60,081 nucleotides of DNA from Eubacteriales bacterium (lineage in GTDB: Bacteria; Bacillota; Clostridia; Oscillospirales; JAAYXM01), in the NCBI GenBank assembly GCA_045652405.1, contig JAZRUF010000107.1:1-60081 (forward strand). Direction: 5' to 3'. Positions 38,109-44,281 of the stretch are shown in pieces; position 1 is the first letter of the stretch; the number at the start of each line of letters is the position of its first letter. Both the position numbers and the translations under genes were made by a program. A model generated the notes under the pieces. The model did not search any database. It was not told the DNA's origin and worked only from the letters and a program-made list of their open reading frames with translations.

Positions 38109-38270
38109 GATTGGGAGGATTTGAACCTTAAGAAGGCATGCGGAGAAAAGCAAAATACTCCGGTGGAGTGTTTTGCCGACGCATGGTGCGAAGACGGGTA
38201 CTGAGCGGTTAAACCGCTCGGTCGTCAAGCAAATAAGACGCGAAGCGGCTGTATCCTGTCAACCCGACCA
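38109..38270 (+). ncRNA. tRNA-3'-end-linked structured element, copy 1 (unclassified candidate ncRNA or miniature element)
   Basis: 5' arm 38116-38128 is the reverse complement of the tRNA-Pro T-arm (13/13). Hairpin A is 38151-38175 and the TGGTGCG box is 38184-38190. The bulged hairpin B GACG-GGT-ACTG...CGGT-CGTC is 38193-38226, and hairpin C (GAA loop) is 38236-38250. The tail 38253-38270 is identical to the last 18 nt of tRNA-Pro. Confidence 0.55.
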
Positions 38271-38274
38271 AAAT

Positions 38275-38310
38275 AAAGGAATCTCGTAAAACGAGGTTCC
38301 TTTGTTTTTT
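38275..38310 (+). terminator. intrinsic terminator (near-duplicate of 38068-38103)
   Basis: It has the same stem as the tRNA-Pro terminator, with 2 substitutions at the loop edge, followed by a T-tract. Confidence 0.8.
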
Positions 38311-38315
38311 GTTTA

Positions 38316-38338
38316 GATTGGGAGGATTTGAACCTTAA
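38316..38338 (+). repeat. truncated second copy of the element 5' arm
   Basis: GATTGGGAGGATTTGAACCTTAA repeats 38109-38131 exactly and then diverges. It belongs to an 86-bp direct repeat (38046-38131 versus 38253-38338). Confidence 0.85.
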
Positions 38339-38345
38339 ACAATAG

Positions 38346-38381
38346 GGAAAAAGAGAAACTCTCGTGAGAGTTTCTCTTTTT
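38346..38381. terminator. bidirectional hairpin terminator (serves the minus-strand CNNM gene)
   Basis: AGAGAAACTCTC/GAGAGTTTCTCT stem flanked by an A-tract and a T-tract. Confidence 0.8.
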
Positions 38382-38384
38382 CGT

Positions 38385-39656
38385 TTAGTCTTTGTTTTTT
38401 TCTTCATCTTCGGTTTGGACAGTGCGGATTACTTTTGCGAAAGCGACACGATGGGAATCGGTTTGCGTTACAATTATATTTAAATTCTCGTAAGTGAAGC
38501 GGTCACCTTTTACAGGTATTTTATCCAATTGCTCCATAATCCAACCACCGAGAGATACGCTATCTGCGTCTTCGTCGTCAATGTCAAAAAACTGGCAGAA
38601 GTCATTGAAATTTACTGTGCAGTCAACCAAGAATACGTTTTCGGATAATTCGCGGAAGGTAACTGTTACTTCATCGTGTTCATCCCATATTTCACCGACC
38701 AACTCTTCGAGTATATCTTCCATTGTGACAATACCTAAAGTGCCGCCGTATTCGTCAATGACGATTGCTATATGAGACTTGCGAGTTTGCAGAAGCTTGA
38801 GTAAGTCATCTATCTTCTCCGACTTATGTATAAACAGCGGAGGAGTGATGATGTCAGTCACTTCTTTTTCGGTTACACCTGAGCCGATATAAAAATCCTT
38901 CTGATGGATTATGCCAACGATATTGTCGATGTTTTCCTTGTATACCAACAAGCGTGAAAATCTTGACTCATTGAAAACGCGTGCTATTTCCTCCTTGGGT
39001 GCTTCAATAGGAACTGCTTCCAAATCTACACGGTGGGTTAAAATATCCTCGGCTTCCAAATCGCCAAACTCTATTGCGTTGCGTAAAAGGACACCTTCAT
39101 CAGTGTCAATGCTTCCTTCTTGCTCAACCTCGTCTACCAGAAGAAGTAACTCTTCCTGAGACATTTTTGAGTCTTCCTCTACGTTAAAAAGCTTAGATAT
39201 AAGCTTTTTCCACATAGAGAATAGGAAATTGATGGGGGTAAGTACCCAAATGAGCAGACGGATAAACGGAGCAGAAAACATTGCAAATTTTTCAGGGAAA
39301 TCCTTTGCTATGCTCTTTGGTGTTATCTCGCCGAAAATGAGGACTGCTATAGTTACTACAACCGTGGATACCGTAGCTCCGATATCGCCATATAAGTGGA
39401 CAAAAAGAACCGTGCCTATAGAGGCGACTGCAATGTTTACAATGTTATTCCCTACCAAGATTGTGGAAATCAGGCGGTCATATTGCTCGGAAAGAGCCAG
39501 TGCGAGTTCTGCCTTTCGGTTCCCTTTCTCCGACAGAGCTTTTAAGCGTGTCTTGTTAAGCGAGGAAAAAGCAGTTTCGGTTGCTGAAAAATACCCTGAG
39601 AATAGTATGCATAATGCCATAGATATAATATAGGGTAATATGTCACTTGCGGTCAT
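38385..39656 (-). CDS. CNNM/CorC-type membrane protein (DUF21 + CBS pair + CorC_HlyC; 'hemolysin family')
   Basis: N-terminal 4-TM DUF21 domain, a CBS pair, and a C-terminal transporter-associated domain. Confidence 0.9.
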   Translation of the reverse strand: MTASDILPYIISMALCILFSGYFSATETAFSSLNKTRLKALSEKGNRKAELALALSEQYDRLISTILVGNNIVNIAVASIGTVLFVHLYGDIGATVSTVVVTIAVLIFGEITPKSIAKDFPEKFAMFSAPFIRLLIWVLTPINFLFSMWKKLISKLFNVEEDSKMSQEELLLLVDEVEQEGSIDTDEGVLLRNAIEFGDLEAEDILTHRVDLEAVPIEAPKEEIARVFNESRFSRLLVYKENIDNIVGIIHQKDFYIGSGVTEKEVTDIITPPLFIHKSEKIDDLLKLLQTRKSHIAIVIDEYGGTLGIVTMEDILEELVGEIWDEHDEVTVTFRELSENVFLVDCTVNFNDFCQFFDIDDEDADSVSLGGWIMEQLDKIPVKGDRFTYENLNIIVTQTDSHRVAFAKVIRTVQTEDEEKNKD

Positions 39657-39883
39657 TGTTTTTTATTCTCTCCTTAAAATTAGTTGTTAAAATAGGTTTA
39701 GTTTTAAAAATCAGAGCCGAAAATAGATTTGCCGATGCATTGAAACGCAAAAAGGCATATCCACGAGGTGTTCTGACCGCGTGGATACGCCAGTATATAC
39801 ATATCTGCAACTGTAATGGTTTCCAGTTTCGTCGTCGCTACTGTCCATTTAAAATACTGTCTCCTAAAATACAAGTTTTTATT
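39657..39883 (-). promoter_or_regulatory. about 227-nt structured 5' leader (candidate riboswitch or attenuator)
   Basis: It lies between promoter 39884-39912 and the start codon. It contains an intrinsic terminator and repeated ACAGT/ACTGG segments that could pair alternatively. Confidence 0.45.
39746..39791 (-). terminator. leader (attenuator) terminator
   Basis: On the minus strand it reads GGCGTATCCACG-14 nt-CGTGGATATGCC followed by TTTTTG. It sits about 95 nt upstream of the start codon. Confidence 0.65.
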
Positions 39884-39912
39884 ATTGTACCAAAAAGGAA
39901 TTAAACTGTCAA
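39884..39912 (-). promoter_or_regulatory. sigmaA promoter TTGACA-17-TACAAT
   Basis: Read on the minus strand, TTGACA is at 39912-39907 and TACAAT at 39889-39884. Confidence 0.7.
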
Positions 39913-40027
39913 CACATGAGAGGGATTTTCTCTGCGATTAAATCAGGGTGTATAAGGATTGTGCGCGATTTTTTGAAAATGTAGATTGAAGTTTTAAAAG
40001 AAAAAATAAAAAAATTTAAATTTAGGG

Positions 40028-40056
40028 TTGATTTTAAAATAAAGATGTGGTATCAT
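40028..40056 (+). promoter_or_regulatory. sigmaA promoter TTGATT-17-TATCAT with TGn extension
   Basis: It lies about 30 nt upstream of tRNA-Arg. Confidence 0.6.
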
Positions 40057-40088
40057 AATAAAGCTGTCAACAAAACAGCGTGAAAAAT

Positions 40089-40165
40089 GCGCTCGTAGCT
40101 CAGCTGGATAGAGTGACTGGCTACGAACCAGTAGGTCAGGGGTTCGAGTCCCTTCGGGCGCGCCA
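40089..40165 (+). tRNA. tRNA-Arg (anticodon ACG), CCA encoded
   Basis: Acceptor is GCGCTCG/CGGGCGC, anticodon arm is ACTGG-ctACGaa-CCAGT, and T-arm is AGGGG-ttcgagt-CCCTT. Confidence 0.95.
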
Positions 40166-40170
40166 GAAAA

Positions 40171-40197
40171 AGCATCGACTATAGTCGGTGCTGTTTT
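40171..40197 (+). terminator. intrinsic terminator of tRNA-Arg
   Basis: AGCATCGAC-tata-GTCGGTGCT followed by GTTTTGTTTTG. Confidence 0.8.
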
Positions 40198-40216
40198 GTT
40201 TTGTTTTGTAAATGTC

Positions 40217-40378
40217 AGGAAAGGGACTCGAACCCTGAGAGGGCACGAACCGTGAAGCAAAACAGTCCGGTGGACTGTTTTGTAGGTGAGTGGTGCGCAG
40301 ACGGGTACTGAAAGGCAAAGCCTTTCGGTCGTCAAGCAGTGCGGTTGCAAAGCAATCGTTGTCCCTTCGGGCGCGCCA
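40217..40378 (+). ncRNA. tRNA-3'-end-linked structured element, copy 2
   Basis: 5' arm 40221-40235 is the reverse complement of the tRNA-Arg T-arm (15/15). Hairpin A is 40258-40282, the TGGTGCG box is 40291-40297 and hairpin B is 40300-40333. Hairpin C (AAA loop) is 40342-40358. The tail 40361-40378 is identical to the last 18 nt of tRNA-Arg. Confidence 0.55.
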
Positions 40379-40384
40379 CAAAAA

Positions 40385-40412
40385 AGCATCGACGATAGTC
40401 GGTGCTTTTTTT
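40385..40412 (+). terminator. intrinsic terminator (near-duplicate of 40171-40197)
   Basis: AGCATCGAC-gata-GTCGGTGCT followed by TTTTTTT. Confidence 0.8.
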
Positions 40413-40452
40413 GTTTTGTTTTGAAAAAACAAAAGTATTAAATATACAATAA

Positions 40453-40481
40453 TTGACGAAAACTTAAAATATTGATATACT
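40453..40481 (+). promoter_or_regulatory. sigmaA promoter TTGACG-17-TATACT
   Basis: It lies upstream of glnA. Confidence 0.55.
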
Positions 40482-40512
40482 TATAACAATAAAAAAACAG
40501 GAGTGAAGTAAT

Positions 40513-41937
40513 ATGTCCAAAAGTGTAAATGATATTATCGCGCTTATTAAAGAAAAAGATATTAAGATGGTTGACTTTAAAATGGTTGACATCAACGGTC
40601 AGTACCGTCACGTCACAATTCCTGCAAAGAACTTTTCAGAGGATACTATGAAAAGCGGTATCGGTTTTGATGCATCAAACTACGGTTACGCGGTTGTTGA
40701 AAAAAGTGACATGGTATTTATCCCTGACCCGGACACTGCCATGATAGATCCGTTTTGTGATGTTCCCACGATTTCGATGACGGGTAATGCAATGATTATA
40801 GATAATCCTGAAAATCGACCGCTTGCCCAGTACCCGAGAAACATTGTTCTGGCTGCAGAACAGTATATGAAGGATAGCGGGATAGCAGACACCATGCTTA
40901 TTCTGCCGGAGTTTGAGTTTTATCTCTTTGACCAGGTTGCATGGGATGTTCAGCCTAACAGCATCGGCATGACGCTTGATGCAAATCAGTCGTACTGGAA
41001 CAGCGCGTCTGACGGAATGGGATGTGTGGTTCCCAAACAGAAAAATTACCATATTGCAAAGCCGTTTGACCCGACGTATGAATGCCGCAGTGAAATGTGC
41101 ATGCTTATGGAAGAGGCGGGAATACCGATAAAGTATCATCATCCTGAGGTGGGTGCTTCCGGTCAGTTTGAAATCGAGCCAAACCTGGGTCAGATGTCCA
41201 AGATGGCGGACGCATCAATGATGATTAAGTATATAATACGCAATACCGCGCTTAAGTACGGAAAGACCGCGACGCTCATGCCCAAACCTGTGTACGGCGA
41301 GGCAGGCAACGGTATGCACGTGCATATTCTGCTTATGAAAGACGGTCAACCTGTATTCTCCGATGACAACGGATATTCAAACTTAAGTGAGACTGCACAT
41401 TATTTCATGGGCGGACTGTTAAAGCATATTGCATCTCTTTGTGCTATAACAAACCCTAGTACAAACTCATTTAAGCGACTGGTTCCAGGCTTCGAGGCTC
41501 CGGTAACTGTCGGATATGCAACATCAAACCGCAGCGCGGTTATAAGAATTCCGGCATACGCAAAGAGCCCGAATATGCGTCGCTTTGAGATTCGGAATCC
41601 CGATGCAACATGTAACCCATATTTCTGCTATGCTGCAATACTCATGGCAGGGCTTGACGGAATTAAGAATAAAATTGATCCTCATGCAAACGGCTGGGGT
41701 CCGTATGACGTAAATCTTTACAATCTGCCGGAAGAGGAAAAGGCGAAATTGAAGAGCCTGCCCACTTCACTTGAAGCGGCTCTTGATGCTCTTGAGGCGG
41801 ATAATGATTACCTGACCGCCGGAGGAGTATTCCCGAAAGAGCTTATAGAAAACTTCATTAAAACAAAGCGTGAGGAATGCCGTCAGCTTGCCGCAATTCC
41901 GCACCCCGCAGAATTCGATAAATATTATAATATGTAA
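40513..41937 (+). CDS. glnA: type I glutamine synthetase
   Basis: 474 aa with KPxxGxxGNGMHVH and NPYF motifs. Confidence 0.95.
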   Translation: MSKSVNDIIALIKEKDIKMVDFKMVDINGQYRHVTIPAKNFSEDTMKSGIGFDASNYGYAVVEKSDMVFIPDPDTAMIDPFCDVPTISMTGNAMIIDNPENRPLAQYPRNIVLAAEQYMKDSGIADTMLILPEFEFYLFDQVAWDVQPNSIGMTLDANQSYWNSASDGMGCVVPKQKNYHIAKPFDPTYECRSEMCMLMEEAGIPIKYHHPEVGASGQFEIEPNLGQMSKMADASMMIKYIIRNTALKYGKTATLMPKPVYGEAGNGMHVHILLMKDGQPVFSDDNGYSNLSETAHYFMGGLLKHIASLCAITNPSTNSFKRLVPGFEAPVTVGYATSNRSAVIRIPAYAKSPNMRRFEIRNPDATCNPYFCYAAILMAGLDGIKNKIDPHANGWGPYDVNLYNLPEEEKAKLKSLPTSLEAALDALEADNDYLTAGGVFPKELIENFIKTKREECRQLAAIPHPAEFDKYYNM

Positions 41938-41945
41938 GATAAAAA

Positions 41946-41981
41946 GGCTGTTGCAAACACAGGGTTGCAACAGCCTTTTTT
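41946..41981. terminator. bidirectional terminator between glnA and the convergent transporter gene
   Basis: GGCTGTTGCAA-8 nt-TTGCAACAGCC flanked by AAAAA and TTTTTT. Confidence 0.85.
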
Positions 41982-43353
41982 AATAATTAACTACGCCCAT
42001 TATTCCAAGTATAAATATAAGTGTTATTGTAATCGGTGCGATGTAGCGAACCATAGTTGTCCACGCTCTATGGAGGGGGAAAGTAAAGCGCCTGTTTTGA
42101 GATATTTCATCCACCGCATGATGCGCACCCCATATCCAGCCTGCAAAAAGGCAAAAGCCCAGGCTGCCCAAAGGAATGAGGAGATTATCGGTTATAAGCT
42201 CGAGCATATGACCTAACGGCGGGAATACTATTCCGTCACGCACGGTATACCATATTCCCTTTAATGGCAGCGCGCCTTGGGAAAGAGAATATAATATACT
42301 GATAGGCAGCATGCCGAGGCATGAGTAAAGCACGGATTTCGACCGCGAAAGCTTTTTTTCCTCACTAAGATATGCAACCGTGCCCTCCAAAAGCGCAATT
42401 GAACTTGTAAGGGCAGCAAAGCTTAAGAGAAGATAGAATAAGAGACCGTAGAACGTGCCGCCGGACATTTGTGAAAATACCTGCGGTAAGGCTACAAAGG
42501 CAAATACACCACCGGTACTAAGCTCAGTACCGGTTGAAAAAACTGCGGGGATTATGGTGAAGGCGGCGATTAATGCGATAAATGTATCAAACACACATAC
42601 GATTATTGAGCTGGTACTTAAGTTTTCATCTTTGCTCAAATATGAACCATATGTGCAAGTGGTGCCCAGACCGATGGATAGGGAGAAAAGAGCTTGCCCG
42701 AGAGCGGAGAGAAAATCCGAAGAAGTCAGGGAAGAAAAGTCGACGTTAACAAGGAATTTAACACCTTCGACTGCTCCGGGCATTCCGAGTGAATGTACCA
42801 TTATTACGATGAGAAGCACTATAAGAGCAGGCATGAGGATTTTGTTTGCCCGCTCGATGCCACCGGATATTCCGCGTAGTACAATGAAACCGGTGATGGC
42901 AAGGAACAAAACTCCCCACAAAATGGGTTCCCATATGCCTGATATGAAGCTATTGAAATATACCGAATAGTCTTTGGAAAAGTTTGCGCCGAAGAGATAT
43001 AAAAATGTGTATTTAAGAACCTGACCGCCAATGATGCTATAATATGCAAGCACAATGAAACCGCATACAATTCCCAAGTAACCGACGAAGGTCCATTTTC
43101 GGTTTAGCTTGCGGAATGCACCTATTGTGTTTAGCTGTGTTGAGCGCCCGACGGTTAATTCTGCGAGCATTACGGATATGCCTATTGTGAATACTATGGC
43201 TGTGTATATAAGTATATAGGCTCCGCCACCCGCAGCGCCTACTTTCCCGGGGAATTTCCATATATTACCCAAGCCGATTGCGCTTCCTGCGGCAGCAAAA
43301 ATAAATCCTATTTTGGATGACCATTGCCCGCGTTTTTCCTTTTCCACCCGCAT
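41980..43353 (-). CDS. sodium-dependent transporter (NSS/SNF family)
   Basis: Has the N-terminal WSSKIGFIFAAAGSAIGLGNIWKFP signature and about 11-12 TM segments. Confidence 0.9.
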   Translation of the reverse strand: MRVEKEKRGQWSSKIGFIFAAAGSAIGLGNIWKFPGKVGAAGGGAYILIYTAIVFTIGISVMLAELTVGRSTQLNTIGAFRKLNRKWTFVGYLGIVCGFIVLAYYSIIGGQVLKYTFLYLFGANFSKDYSVYFNSFISGIWEPILWGVLFLAITGFIVLRGISGGIERANKILMPALIVLLIVIMVHSLGMPGAVEGVKFLVNVDFSSLTSSDFLSALGQALFSLSIGLGTTCTYGSYLSKDENLSTSSIIVCVFDTFIALIAAFTIIPAVFSTGTELSTGGVFAFVALPQVFSQMSGGTFYGLLFYLLLSFAALTSSIALLEGTVAYLSEEKKLSRSKSVLYSCLGMLPISILYSLSQGALPLKGIWYTVRDGIVFPPLGHMLELITDNLLIPLGSLGFCLFAGWIWGAHHAVDEISQNRRFTFPLHRAWTTMVRYIAPITITLIFILGIMGVVNY

Positions 43354-43463
43354 ATTTCCTCCTTTTGTCTATCTTTGAGCATTGCTTAAAGTGTAGTATA
43401 CCCGAAAATGTTAGGATATTTTCAATAAAACGTAAAAATAATATGAATAATTGAGTTTGAGTC

Positions 43464-43492
43464 TTGACGCTTAAAAGCTTATTTTATATAGT
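43464..43492 (+). promoter_or_regulatory. sigmaA promoter TTGACG-17-TATAGT
   Basis: It overlaps the 5' end of track ORF 43464, which argues that the real start is the ATG at 43530. Confidence 0.55.
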
Positions 43493-43529
43493 ACTTATCA
43501 AATACATATATCAGGGGTTGTGTGAAACT

Positions 43530-44279
43530 ATGAACAAAACGAAGAAAAATCGAGGTCTTGCAGCGGTTTACTTTATTCTACGTGCCTTTGTGATAGTGGT
43601 AATGGTGCGTCAGGCGTGGATAGGAAATTATACAAACGTGATGCTTTGTGCACTTACACTTACTCTTTTTATGATACCGTCTTTTGTGGAAAAACGCATT
43701 AAAATTGATATACCCGATACACTTGAGGTAATTATACTTCTTTTTATATTCTCTGCGGAAATACTCGGCGAAATCAGAGAGTATTATATAACTTTCGAGT
43801 ATTGGGATATAATGCTTCATACGATAAATGGTTTCCTTATGGGGGCTATAGGATTTTCGCTTATTGATATTTTAAACCGCAATAAAAAATTTACCATTGA
43901 GATGTCGCCGCTTTTTGTGGCGATGGTCGCGTTTTGCTTTTCCATGACAATAGGGGTGATGTGGGAGTTTTATGAATATAGCATGGATAAATTCTTTATG
44001 ACGGATATGCAAAAGGACACCTATGTTTCACAGGTGTCCTCAGTCGAGCTTAATGAAAACGGTAAAAATTCTCCAAAGGTAGTGGATATTAAAAACGTAA
44101 GAATAAATGGTGAAGAATGGCAGGGGTATTTAGATATAGGCCTTACAGATACCATGCAAGACTTGTTTGTAAATTTTATAGGCGCGGCAGTTTTCTCAAT
44201 TATCGGTTATTTTTATATAAAAAGGCGCGCCAATATAGGAGTCATACGAAGACTTACACTCGTGTACAAAAAGGATTAA
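43530..44279 (+). CDS. integral membrane protein of unknown function
   Basis: About 6 TM segments. I cannot name a family with confidence. Confidence 0.65.
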   Translation: MNKTKKNRGLAAVYFILRAFVIVVMVRQAWIGNYTNVMLCALTLTLFMIPSFVEKRIKIDIPDTLEVIILLFIFSAEILGEIREYYITFEYWDIMLHTINGFLMGAIGFSLIDILNRNKKFTIEMSPLFVAMVAFCFSMTIGVMWEFYEYSMDKFFMTDMQKDTYVSQVSSVELNENGKNSPKVVDIKNVRINGEEWQGYLDIGLTDTMQDLFVNFIGAAVFSIIGYFYIKRRANIGVIRRLTLVYKKD

Positions 44280-44281
44280 TT

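Noticed and set aside
38184-38190. The UGGU in the GGTGCG box could pair with an NCCA end, as in a T-box antiterminator.
   Set aside because: There is no specifier loop, no T-box sequence, no downstream regulated ORF, and the elements are followed by terminators and unrelated genes. Only the generic NCCA complementarity is shared.
38253-38270. Should the 18-nt tails be annotated as tRNA pseudogene fragments?
   Set aside because: They are too short. They are always fused to the same conserved non-tRNA core and always begin at the same tRNA position. Calling them decayed tRNA genes would not explain the shared core or the inverted T-arm copy at the other end.
38225-38407. Minus-strand ORFs on the track run through the tRNA-linked elements and tRNAs: 38225-38407, 39994-40389, 40136-40432, 47236-47427 and 52218-52418. 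Some share LLDD.KA.PFSTRLRT.
   Set aside because: The shared peptide only reflects the conserved nucleotide core. In copy 1 the same frame hits a stop inside the hairpin B loop. The frames differ between copies. The ORFs also read antisense through tRNA genes (RTPDLL/GLEPV-type artefacts). None has a convincing RBS.
40300-40333. The core ...CUGA-[stem-loop]-...GGUCGUC... superficially resembles a hammerhead ribozyme (CUGANGA / GAAA / GUC).
   Set aside because: The obligatory CUGAUGA and GAAA elements and the three-stem junction are not present. The segment folds more simply as one bulged hairpin. I cannot support assigning it to any known self-cleaving class by eye.
41965-42216. Small plus-strand ORF 41965-42216 after glnA.
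   Set aside because: It begins inside the glnA terminator and lies antisense within the NSS transporter gene.
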